A stretch of 64,000 bases of DNA from NCBI GenBank assembly GCA_045579365.1, contig JAZNLZ010000021.1, forward strand, positions 37,794 to 101,793. The letters run 5' to 3'. Of this stretch, positions 36,718-45,403 are shown piece after piece. Position numbers and translations under genes: made by a program. The notes beneath the pieces are model-generated. The model made no database searches and had not been told where the DNA came from. It saw only the letters and a list, made by a program, of their open reading frames with translations. This DNA is from Acutalibacteraceae bacterium. Its GTDB lineage: Bacteria; Bacillota; Clostridia; Oscillospirales; Acutalibacteraceae. Positions within the stretch are counted from its first letter, which is position 1; each line of letters opens with the position of its first letter.

Positions 36718-37724
36718 AGAACAAAACCAACCTTTTTCATAGCTTTAAAATAAGTTTTGCGTGCAATTCTTTCGGCCTTGCGAGAACCTTCACGATAAAG
36801 TTCCTCCAATGCCTTTTTGTCCTTAATAATCTCTTCGTAACGAGCCTTAATGGGAGCGAGCTCATCAGCAACGGCCTCGCCAACGGCAAGTTTAAAGTCG
36901 CCGTAACCCCTGCCTTCAAACTCTTTCTCGATTTCCTCTACTGTTTTACCGGTAACGGCCGAGTAAATGGTTATAAGGTTGGAAATTCCGGGTTTATCTT
37001 CGCTCATTCTAACTACCGAGTCGGAATCGGTAACAGCACGCTTAAACTTACGGATAATGGTATCTCTATCATCCAAAATTGCAACCCAAGCATTGGGGTT
37101 TTCATCTGATTTAGACATTTTCTTGCTGGGGTCTTGTAAAGACATAACCCTAGCACCGGTTTTTGGGATATAAGGCTCGGGGATGGTGAAAACATCGCCG
37201 TATTTGTTGTTGAAACGAACAGCGATATCACGAGCAATTTCCAAATGTTGCTTTTGGTCGGCACCAACGGGTACAAAGTCAGGATTATAAAGTAAAATAT
37301 CGGCTGCCATAAGAACAGGGTAGGAGAAAAGACCAACATTTATATTCTCGGGGTGTTTTGCCGATTTGTCTTTAAATTGGGTCATTCTTGACATTTCACC
37401 AAACTGTGTGTTACAGGATAAAAGCCAAGAAAGTGCAGTATGCTCAGGCACATGGGATTGAATGAAAACAGTGTTCTTTTCGGGGTCAAGTCCCAAAGCT
37501 AAAAGCAATGCATAGGTAGAAAGAATTTGTTGTTTTAATTTTGCAGGTTCTTGGCGTACTGTAATAGCATGAAGGTCGGCTACAGCAAAGGTGCAGTCAA
37601 ACTCATCCTGCATTTTAATCCAGTTTTTAAGGGCGCCAAGATAGTTGCCTAATGTTAGCATGCCACTGGGTTGAATACAACTTAAAACCCTTTTTTTATT
37701 TTCACAAATATTTTGTTCACACAT
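36714..37724 (-). CDS. trpS: Tryptophan--tRNA ligase
   Basis: Class-I motifs (GNYLG in HIGH-region context and KMSKS), 336 aa. Confidence 0.92.
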   Translation of the reverse strand: MCEQNICENKKRVLSCIQPSGMLTLGNYLGALKNWIKMQDEFDCTFAVADLHAITVRQEPAKLKQQILSTYALLLALGLDPEKNTVFIQSHVPEHTALSWLLSCNTQFGEMSRMTQFKDKSAKHPENINVGLFSYPVLMAADILLYNPDFVPVGADQKQHLEIARDIAVRFNNKYGDVFTIPEPYIPKTGARVMSLQDPSKKMSKSDENPNAWVAILDDRDTIIRKFKRAVTDSDSVVRMSEDKPGISNLITIYSAVTGKTVEEIEKEFEGRGYGDFKLAVGEAVADELAPIKARYEEIIKDKKALEELYREGSRKAERIARKTYFKAMKKVGFVL

Positions 37725-37777
37725 TTAAATCAAGTCCTTAAACAGAATAAAATAATCATACCACAAAATCATATATT

Positions 37778-38932
37778 TTACAAGTGTTGTTCGTTGGCTT
37801 TCTTGGCATTTGAGAAATCAATCATTTCCTTGAGTAAGGTGTAAATTACAGCAACGGTAGGAACGCCGATTAATGCACCTAAAACTCCACCGATATTTCC
37901 ACCAACCAAAACGGCACTAACCACTAAAACACCGGGTAGGCCCACAGCCTTTCCCACAACCTTGGGGTATATGAAATTGCCTTCGATTTGTTGCAACACA
38001 ATAAAGAAAACAACAAAGAAAACGGCTTTGATTGGGTTGGTGATTACAATAAGTAAAAATCCGATTAAAGCGCCAACGGTTGGACCAACAATGGGCACTA
38101 AAGATGTAACGCAAACTAAAACCGAGATTATAAGGGCGTTGGGGAAACCGAAAATTTTCATACCAATAAAACAAAGGGTACCTAAAATTACCGATTCTAA
38201 CAACTGTCCACCAATAAAGCGGGAGAAGGATTCGTTGGTTTTTTCGGCAATGTGGCTTATGAAAGAATTTGTTTTGGTATTCAAAAATGCACCTAATGCG
38301 CTTTTAACGAATCTTCCAATTTTTTCTTTACTTGCTAAGATGTAGATAGAAATTACAATGCTAAAAACTGCATCAAAAACGCCTGCGAAAACAGAGGTTG
38401 TAATATTAACTGCGCTGTCAACAAGTTTGCCCGAAGAACCTGAAATCCAAGCAATAATGGTATTGGCAGCAGATTTCCAGTTGATTGTAATATCGGGGAT
38501 GTTGGCTTGTTCAATGTTAAAACGGTTAAGAAGATGGTCTAACCAATTTTTGGCATCCAACATAAACCCGGGCATTTTCTCAGCTAAATAGGAGATGGTT
38601 TCAACAATGTCAGGTATAATAACTAAAATCAAAAGGGAAACGATGCCGAAGGCCAAAATATAGGTAAGCAACAAGCAAACAGGTCTTTTTAATTTAAGAA
38701 TAAATTTTTTCTTTGCTTTGTCCCAAAATTTAAAGACTTTAGTTTCAAAAGCAGTTAAGGGTATGTTTAAAACAAAGGCAATACAAAGGGCAGCGATAAC
38801 GGGTGTAAAAAAGCCGATTACCGTTTTAATACCTTTAAAAACCAAACCTAAATTTTGAAAGCCGGTGAAAATAAGTGCTCCCAAAAAAATTATAAGTAAA
38901 ATCTTTTTTATGTTTTTAGAATTAAGTTCCAT
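37778..38932 (-). CDS. AI-2E/PerM-family membrane transporter
   Basis: About 8 TM helices and a conserved C-terminal GxxGxxxGxP region. The strong RBS AAGGAG lies upstream of the internal ATG at 38932. Confidence 0.7.
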   Translation of the reverse strand: MELNSKNIKKILLIIFLGALIFTGFQNLGLVFKGIKTVIGFFTPVIAALCIAFVLNIPLTAFETKVFKFWDKAKKKFILKLKRPVCLLLTYILAFGIVSLLILVIIPDIVETISYLAEKMPGFMLDAKNWLDHLLNRFNIEQANIPDITINWKSAANTIIAWISGSSGKLVDSAVNITTSVFAGVFDAVFSIVISIYILASKEKIGRFVKSALGAFLNTKTNSFISHIAEKTNESFSRFIGGQLLESVILGTLCFIGMKIFGFPNALIISVLVCVTSLVPIVGPTVGALIGFLLIVITNPIKAVFFVVFFIVLQQIEGNFIYPKVVGKAVGLPGVLVVSAVLVGGNIGGVLGALIGVPTVAVIYTLLKEMIDFSNAKKANEQHL

Positions 38933-39074
38933 ATTTTTCTCCTTAAAAGAGATTAGAGAGTATAAACTCGCAAGTATATTATAATACATTTAGAGAGTTT
39001 AGTAAACAAATTTCTTATAAATTTAGTATTATTTACACTTAAGTAATATCTAATGAAAATTATAAGATATTTAG

Positions 39075-39103
39075 TTGACTTTACTCGGTGATTAATGTAA
39101 AAT
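39075..39103 (+). promoter_or_regulatory. Sigma-A promoter for pyrH-frr
   Basis: TTGACT, a 17-nt spacer, then TAAAAT. Confidence 0.55.
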
Positions 39104-39136
39104 GTTTATAGTATATTATAGTGATAGGAGAAAGTT

Positions 39137-39841
39137 ATGAAACCTATTTATAAGCGTTTATTACTTAAACTTAGTGGCGAGGTACTTGCAGGCGAAAAAG
39201 GTGTTGGAATCGATTTCGAAAAGGTGCTTGAAGTTTGCGAAAGCATTAAAGAATGTGTTGATATGGGCGTTCAAGTTGCTATCGTTGTTGGTGGAGGAAA
39301 CTTTTGGAGAGGCAGAAGTTCCGGCAAAATGGACCGTACAAGAGCCGACCATATGGGAATGCTCGCAACCTCAATAAATTCTTTGGCTTTGGCTGATGCT
39401 TTGGAACAGTTAGGTGTTACTGCAAGAGTGCAAACCGCTATCGAAATGCGTCAGATTGCAGAGCCTTATATCAGAAACAAGGCTGTTCGTCATTTAGAAA
39501 AGGGAAGAGTTGTAATCTTTGGTTGCGGAACAGGTAACCCCTTCTTCTCAACCGATACTGCTGCTGCACTTAGAGCTGCTGAAATTGGTGCAGATGTTAT
39601 TTTCAAAGCAACTAATGTTGACGGCGTTTATGACAGCGACCCCAAATTAAATCCCGACGCTAAGAAATATGACACACTTTCTCATATTGATGTTTTACAA
39701 CAGGGACTTCACGTTATGGATAGCACTGCCGCTTCTCTTTGTATGGATAACGGCATTGAAATTTTGGTATTTAATCTTGATAACCCCAAAAATATTGTTT
39801 CTGCCGTTACAGGCGCAACCATCGGCACAGTAGTTAAGTAA
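39137..39841 (+). CDS. pyrH: UMP kinase
   Basis: LLKLSGE and [10 protein letters not shown] motifs. Confidence 0.93.
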   Translation: MKPIYKRLLLKLSGEVLAGEKGVGIDFEKVLEVCESIKECVDMGVQVAIVVGGGNFWRGRSSGKMDRTRADHMGMLATSINSLALADALEQLGVTARVQTAIEMRQIAEPYIRNKAVRHLEKGRVVIFGCGTGNPFFSTDTAAALRAAEIGADVIFKATNVDGVYDSDPKLNPDAKKYDTLSHIDVLQQGLHVMDSTAASLCMDNGIEILVFNLDNPKNIVSAVTGATIGTVVK

Positions 39842-39852
39842 GGAGAATATTT

Positions 39853-40407
39853 ATGAACGAACTTATTAAGAATACAGAAGAAAAAATGAATAAAACCATT
39901 GCGGTTTTGGAAAGAGATTATAAGGCTGTAAGAGCAGGCAGAGCAAATGCTTCGGTGCTTGACAGAATTTCTGTTGATTATTACGGTGTTCCCACTCCCA
40001 TTCAGCAGATGGCAGCTGTTTCCATTCCCGAACCCAGAGTTTTAATGATTCAGCCTTGGGACGCTTCAACAATTAAAGATATTGAAAAGGCAATTTTAAT
40101 TTCCGATATCGGAATTAATCCCCAAAATGACGGTCGTGTTATTCGTCTTGCTTTCCCACCCCTTACCGAGGAACGCCGTAAGGAAATTGTAAAAGATGTT
40201 AAAAAACTTGCCGAGGAAAATAAAGTGGCAGTTAGAAACACCCGCCGTGATGCTTTGGAAAAACTAAAGGCACTTAAAAAGGCAAACTCTATTACTGAGG
40301 ATGACCAAGCAAACGGAGAAAAGAAAATTCAAACCCTTACCGATAAGGCTTGCAAAGAAATTGACGAACTTTGCGCTTTCAAGGAAAAGGAAATTCTCGA
40401 TATCTAA
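39853..40407 (+). CDS. frr: Ribosome recycling factor
   Basis: 184 aa with RAGRANASVLD and PLTEERRKE motifs. Confidence 0.93.
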   Translation: MNELIKNTEEKMNKTIAVLERDYKAVRAGRANASVLDRISVDYYGVPTPIQQMAAVSIPEPRVLMIQPWDASTIKDIEKAILISDIGINPQNDGRVIRLAFPPLTEERRKEIVKDVKKLAEENKVAVRNTRRDALEKLKALKKANSITEDDQANGEKKIQTLTDKACKEIDELCAFKEKEILDI

Positions 40408-40417
40408 GATTTTACGC

Positions 40418-40441
40418 AGGCTCGATGGTACCATCGAGCCT
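40418..40441 (+). terminator. Hairpin/terminator after frr
   Basis: Perfect palindrome AGGCTCGATGG-TA-CCATCGAGCCT. The U-tract is weak. Confidence 0.5.
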
Positions 40442-40504
40442 AAATTCACATTTTGGGCGGTGGTTTAAATTAATATTTTTAAGAAAAAACCTAGAAACAG
40501 AATA

Positions 40505-41182
40505 TTGCCTCAGCATATAGCAATTATTATGGACGGTAACGGCAGATGGGCAAAAAAACGCTCACTACCTCGTAGTGCAGGTCATGTTGCGGGGGCTAAA
40601 ACCTTCAAGAATATTGCAAGATATTGCAACAAAATTGGACTTAAATATTTAACTGTTTATGCCTTTTCTACCGAGAATTGGAAGCGTCCTGCCGATGAAG
40701 TTAAAGGCATAATGAATTTGCTTAGAGATTATCTTAAGGATGCCGAAAACTTTAAGGATGAAAATATCTGTGTTAATTTTATTGGCGACCGCACACCCCT
40801 TGATGATGATATTAAGGCTTTGATGGAGAAGAACGAAAAGGCATCGGCAAATGCCACAGGTCTTACCCTTAATATTGCTATTAACTATGGTGGTCGTGAT
40901 GAAATTAAGTCTGCCGTTCAAAAAATTGTAAGCTCAGGAATTAAGGCCGAGGATATTACCGAGCAAGTAATAACCGATAATTTATACACAGCCGGTATGC
41001 CTGACCCCGATTTTATTATAAGACCAAGTGGGGAGTATCGACTTTCCAATTACTTAATTTGGCAGTCGGCCTATGCTGAATATTGGTTTTCCGATATTCT
41101 TTGGCCCGACTTTACCGAAAAGCATTTAGAAAAAGCAATAGATGATTATAATCATAGAAACCGTAGATTTGGAGGAGTTTAA
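40505..41182 (+). CDS. uppS: Undecaprenyl-diphosphate synthase
   Basis: HIAIIMDGNGRWA and ENWKRP motifs. The start is uncertain: it is TTG, with no obvious RBS. Confidence 0.85.
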   Translation: MPQHIAIIMDGNGRWAKKRSLPRSAGHVAGAKTFKNIARYCNKIGLKYLTVYAFSTENWKRPADEVKGIMNLLRDYLKDAENFKDENICVNFIGDRTPLDDDIKALMEKNEKASANATGLTLNIAINYGGRDEIKSAVQKIVSSGIKAEDITEQVITDNLYTAGMPDPDFIIRPSGEYRLSNYLIWQSAYAEYWFSDILWPDFTEKHLEKAIDDYNHRNRRFGGV

Positions 41183-41315
41183 GATTTTGTTTAACAACAA
41201 AATCAACGAATAGTGAAAAGTGAAGAGTGAATAGTTAATGTGTCGGTTGTGCCGACAATATATCAAAACTTTCTATTCGGTTTTAAGGAATATATAATTT
41301 TGGAGTGATAAATTA

Positions 41316-42149
41316 ATGAAGACACGAATTATTTCAGGAATTGTTATGGGCGCTATCGTAGCCTGTGTTTTAGCAGTAGGTTTTTTATGGAACACTGCAG
41401 TTATTACAGTGGCACTTGCTTTACTTGCTGCCGTGGCAATTTATGAACTTTTACACAACGCTGCAAAGATAGACTCGAAATACACACTTATTGGCGCCGT
41501 GGTTTATGTGTTTTTAAATACATTGTTGCCACTGGAAATACCCACATATATACTTTCAAGTTATTTATTACCTCCAAGCGTTTCTTATAAAAGCTTGGCG
41601 CTTGGTGTGCTCTACTTTATTTTTGCGGCTGTAGGCACACTTAAAAATAATAAAAACTTCTCATTGGGTCATATTTGCGCTTCATGCTTTGGACCTATGA
41701 TTTTAAGCACTGCGTTTGTATTTTTGAACTTTGTAATAATATCTAGAGAGAGTTTATATTATTTACTACTCCTCTTTAACTTCTCATCAGTTTGCGATAT
41801 GGGTGCATATTTCAGCGGTGTAACTTTAGGAAAACACAAGCTTTGCCCTTCGATTAGTCCTAAGAAAACTGTTGAGGGTGCAGTGGGAGGTATTCTTTCA
41901 AGTATTGTTGTAACCCTTATTCTTTCGCTTTGCTTTAAGAAAGCAATACTTTTGCCAATGCTTTTAACCGTTCCTTTCTGCATTTTAGGAATGATAGGCG
42001 ACCTTTTTGCATCGGCAATTAAGAGAAGTGTTGATTTAAAGGATTACGGCAACTTAATCCCCGGTCACGGTGGAATTTTGGACCGACTTGACAGTATCTT
42101 AATGATTTCACCCTTGTTGGCCTTGGTTATGGCAATAGGTATTATCTAA
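41316..42149 (+). CDS. cdsA: Phosphatidate cytidylyltransferase
   Basis: Polytopic protein with the C-terminal signature SAIKRSVDLKDYGNLIPGHGGILDRLDS. Confidence 0.9.
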   Translation: MKTRIISGIVMGAIVACVLAVGFLWNTAVITVALALLAAVAIYELLHNAAKIDSKYTLIGAVVYVFLNTLLPLEIPTYILSSYLLPPSVSYKSLALGVLYFIFAAVGTLKNNKNFSLGHICASCFGPMILSTAFVFLNFVIISRESLYYLLLLFNFSSVCDMGAYFSGVTLGKHKLCPSISPKKTVEGAVGGILSSIVVTLILSLCFKKAILLPMLLTVPFCILGMIGDLFASAIKRSVDLKDYGNLIPGHGGILDRLDSILMISPLLALVMAIGII

Positions 42150-43285
42150 TGAAAGATTTAATCATTTTAGGTTCCACCGGTTCAATTGGCACCCAAAGTT
42201 TAGAGGTTGCTCGAGAACAGGGTTATTCAGTTTCGGGTTTGGTTGCAGGTTCTAATATTGACCTTTTGGAGAAACAAGCAAGAGAGTGGAAGCCCAAAAC
42301 CGTTGCCGTTTTCAACGAGCAAAGTGCAAAGGATTTAAAACTTAGACTTGCCGACACTGATGTTAAAGTTTTGTCGGGTAGTGAAGGGGTTTGTCAGGTG
42401 GCTTCGGGCGAAGGTGACACTGTAATTAATGCTATTGTTGGTATTGCAGGTTTAAAACCCACTCTTTCGGCCATCGAGTCGGGTAAAACCATTGCCCTTG
42501 CAAACAAGGAAACCTTGGTAACAGGTGGCGAAATTGTAAACCGTAAGGCTAAAGAAAAAGGTGTTAAAATTCTACCCGTTGATAGTGAACACTCGGCAAT
42601 TTTCCAATCTTTGCAGGGTGCTCCCGAGGGAAGCCTTAAGAAGATTTTGCTAACAGCTTCGGGTGGTCCTTTTTTTGGTAAAAAGAAAAGCGATTTGGAA
42701 AATGTAACCGTAAAGGAAGCCCTTAACCATCCCAACTGGTCCATGGGTGCTAAAATTACTATTGACTCGGCCACCCTTATGAATAAAGGGTTAGAGGTTA
42801 TCGAAGCAGTGCATTTATTCGGTATCCCTGCCGATAATATTGAGGTTTTGGTTCATAGACAAAGCATAATCCACTCGGGCGTTGAACTTTCGGATGGCGC
42901 CGTTATTGCTCAACTTGGAACCCCCGATATGCGACTTCCAATTCAGTATGCTTTAACCTATCCCGAAAGAAGCAATTACGCTTTTGAAAAACTTGATTTA
43001 TTCAAGGTTGGCACTCTAACCTTTGAGAAACCTGATACCGACACCTTCCGTTGTTTGCCATTGTGTATTAAAGCAATTAACGAGGGTGGTATTTTACCAA
43101 CTGTGGTTAACGGTGCTAACGAAGAAGCAGTAAGACTTTTCCTTGACGGTAAATGCAAGTTCTTGCAAATTGCCGAACTTGTGGAAAAAGCCTTAAATTC
43201 AGTAAATAATATTAAAGATTTTACTTTAGACGATATCTTTGCTGCCGATAAATTGGCCCGTGAAATCGTCAGAAAAGGTGATTGA
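42149..43285 (+). CDS. dxr: 1-deoxy-D-xylulose-5-phosphate reductoisomerase
   Basis: ILGSTGSIG, LANKE, DSEHSA and NHPNWSMG motifs. Confidence 0.93.
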   Translation: MKDLIILGSTGSIGTQSLEVAREQGYSVSGLVAGSNIDLLEKQAREWKPKTVAVFNEQSAKDLKLRLADTDVKVLSGSEGVCQVASGEGDTVINAIVGIAGLKPTLSAIESGKTIALANKETLVTGGEIVNRKAKEKGVKILPVDSEHSAIFQSLQGAPEGSLKKILLTASGGPFFGKKKSDLENVTVKEALNHPNWSMGAKITIDSATLMNKGLEVIEAVHLFGIPADNIEVLVHRQSIIHSGVELSDGAVIAQLGTPDMRLPIQYALTYPERSNYAFEKLDLFKVGTLTFEKPDTDTFRCLPLCIKAINEGGILPTVVNGANEEAVRLFLDGKCKFLQIAELVEKALNSVNNIKDFTLDDIFAADKLAREIVRKGD

Positions 43286-44327
43286 TATTTTAAACTTTTT
43301 AAATAATGTTTGGCCATACGTTGTGGCAGTGCTATTATTTTTAATTCTCATTTTAATACACGAGTTTGGCCATTTCATTTCGGCAAAACTTTTGGGTGTT
43401 AGGGTAAACGAGTTTGCCATCGGTTTTGGTCCCACTTTGTTTTCAAAACAGGGCAAGGAGACTCTTTACTCCTTTAAACTTATTCCCTTGGGTGGTTATT
43501 GCGCCATGGAGGGTGAGGATGAAAGCAGCACCGATGATAGAGCATTTTGCAACAAAAAGGCTTGGAAAAGATTTATTATCGTTGTAATGGGAGCGATTTT
43601 CAATCTTTTACTCGGTCTTATTATTGTGGCTGTTATTTTGGCACCTTCAAAAATGTTTGCGACCACAACCATTGCCAAATTTGCCGAAAATGCTAAAAGT
43701 TATGAAAGTGGTCTTAAAGAGGGCGACACTATTCTTTATGTAGATGGCCGAAAGATATTTACCACTTATGATTTAAGTTATGCCTTTACAAATGTGGATG
43801 ACGGCAAAATTGATATTACAGTTTTGAGAAAAGGCGAGAAAAAACTTTTAAAGAATGTGGAATTTGAATCGGAAACCTACGAAGGCATTAATTTTTTGAA
43901 TGTTGATTTCAATGTTTATGGCGAGAAAAAGACGGTAGGTTCCTATATTAAGCAAACCTTTAAAACAGCCGTTTCCTATTGTGCTGTAATTTGGCGAAGT
44001 TTAATTGATTTACTCGCTGGCAAATATGGTATTAGCGCTGTTTCAGGTCCTGTGGGTGTTACCGTTACGGTGGCAAACGCAGCAAAACAAAGTTTGCAAA
44101 ACCTACTTCCCATAATGGCACTTATAACCATAAATTTGGGAATTTTTAATCTGCTCCCAATTCCTGCTTTGGATGGTGGAAGACTTTTATTCATTCTCAT
44201 TGAAATGATAACAAGAAAGCCGGTGCCCCAAAAATATGAATCGGTAATTCATACTGTGGGATTTGTGGCTTTGTTCGGATTTATGATATTGGTAATGTTT
44301 AAGGATATTTGGACACTTATTTTTTAA
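43278..44327 (+). CDS. rseP: RIP metalloprotease RseP/RasP (site-2 protease)
   Basis: HEFGH zinc motif, a PDZ segment, and NLLPIPALDGG. I chose the GTG at 43278, which overlaps the dxr stop. The ORF-track start at 43239 lies inside dxr. Confidence 0.85.
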   Translation: MIDILNFLNNVWPYVVAVLLFLILILIHEFGHFISAKLLGVRVNEFAIGFGPTLFSKQGKETLYSFKLIPLGGYCAMEGEDESSTDDRAFCNKKAWKRFIIVVMGAIFNLLLGLIIVAVILAPSKMFATTTIAKFAENAKSYESGLKEGDTILYVDGRKIFTTYDLSYAFTNVDDGKIDITVLRKGEKKLLKNVEFESETYEGINFLNVDFNVYGEKKTVGSYIKQTFKTAVSYCAVIWRSLIDLLAGKYGISAVSGPVGVTVTVANAAKQSLQNLLPIMALITINLGIFNLLPIPALDGGRLLFILIEMITRKPVPQKYESVIHTVGFVALFGFMILVMFKDIWTLIF

Positions 44328-44333
44328 GGTGAT

Positions 44334-45389
44334 ATGATGTTTACAAATGATAAGACAAGAAAGGTAAAGGCAGGCGACCTTTATATAGGTGGCTCAAGTG
44401 AAATTTCGGTTCAGTCTATGTTGTCTGTACCTGTTCACGATATTGAGGGTAATGTTTTACAGGCCCGTCGCTTGCAGTCGGCAGGCTGTGATATTGTTCG
44501 TGTTACCGTACCCGATAAAGAGGCTTTAAAAACGGTAGAAGCGTTAAAGAAAAGCATAACCATCCCGTTGGTTGCTGATATTCATTTTGATTATAAATTG
44601 GCTATTGATAGCGTTTCGGCCGGTGTGGATAAGGTTAGAATTAACCCCGGTAACATCGGTGATGACGAAAAGGTAAGACTTGTGGCAAATGCTTGTAAAA
44701 ATGCAGGTGTTCCCATTAGAATTGGCGTTAATTCAGGCTCACTTGAAAAGAATATCTTGGCTAAATACGGTGGCGTTACCCCCGAGGCTTTGGTGGAAAG
44801 TGGTCTTTACCATATTTCTCTTTTGGAAAAGTTTGATTTTGATGATATCGTTTTGTCCCTTAAATCATCCGACCCTCAAATAATGTATAAGGCCTATGAA
44901 TTAGCAGCCGAAAAATGCTCCTATCCCTTGCATTTGGGCGTAACCGAGGCAGGCACCGAAAATATGGGTGTCATAAAATCCTCGGCTGCCATTGGTGGTT
45001 TGCTTTTAAGGGGAATAGGTGATACTATTCGCATTTCCTTAACCGATGACCCTGTTAAAGAGGTTGAGGCAGGAATTAAGTTGCTCAAAGCCTTGTCTAT
45101 TCGCAAGGGTGGTATTAAATTTGTTTCTTGCCCCACTTGTGGAAGAACCCAAATTGACCTTATCGGTATTGCGAAAGAGGCTGAAAAACGCCTTGAAAAT
45201 GTTAATAAGGACATAACCGTTGCAATAATGGGTTGTGTTGTAAATGGCCCGGGTGAAGCATCGGCAGCCGATATTGGAATTGCCGGTGGCGACGGCTGTG
45301 GCGTCCTTTTTAAAAAGGGCAAGATACTTAAAAAATTAAATGAAAATGAACTTTTAAATGCGTTGTGTGAAGAAATAGAAAAGATGTAA
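44334..45389 (+). CDS. ispG: 4-hydroxy-3-methylbut-2-enyl-diphosphate synthase
   Basis: RINPGNIG and the [4Fe-4S] Cys motifs CPTCGR...GCVVNGPGE. Confidence 0.92.
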   Translation: MMFTNDKTRKVKAGDLYIGGSSEISVQSMLSVPVHDIEGNVLQARRLQSAGCDIVRVTVPDKEALKTVEALKKSITIPLVADIHFDYKLAIDSVSAGVDKVRINPGNIGDDEKVRLVANACKNAGVPIRIGVNSGSLEKNILAKYGGVTPEALVESGLYHISLLEKFDFDDIVLSLKSSDPQIMYKAYELAAEKCSYPLHLGVTEAGTENMGVIKSSAAIGGLLLRGIGDTIRISLTDDPVKEVEAGIKLLKALSIRKGGIKFVSCPTCGRTQIDLIGIAKEAEKRLENVNKDITVAIMGCVVNGPGEASAADIGIAGGDGCGVLFKKGKILKKLNENELLNALCEEIEKM

Positions 45390-45403
45390 TGGAGTTGTAA
45401 AAA

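Noticed and set aside
37725-37777. Expected a T-box leader upstream of trpS.
   Set aside because: The intergenic space is only about 50 nt and has no specifier or T-box sequence. trpS appears to be co-transcribed with the upstream permease gene.
41183-41315. uppS-cdsA spacer with a 9-bp hairpin (GATTTTGTT/AACAAAATC), GTGAA-rich direct repeats (GAATAGTGAAAAGTGAAGAGTGAATAGT) and a TGTCGG/CCGACA hairpin.
   Set aside because: - The elements are short and AT-rich, with no U-tract and no recognisable RNA family.
- The possible 19-aa ORF has no RBS.
- This is most simply an ordinary spacer, possibly with a weak attenuator.
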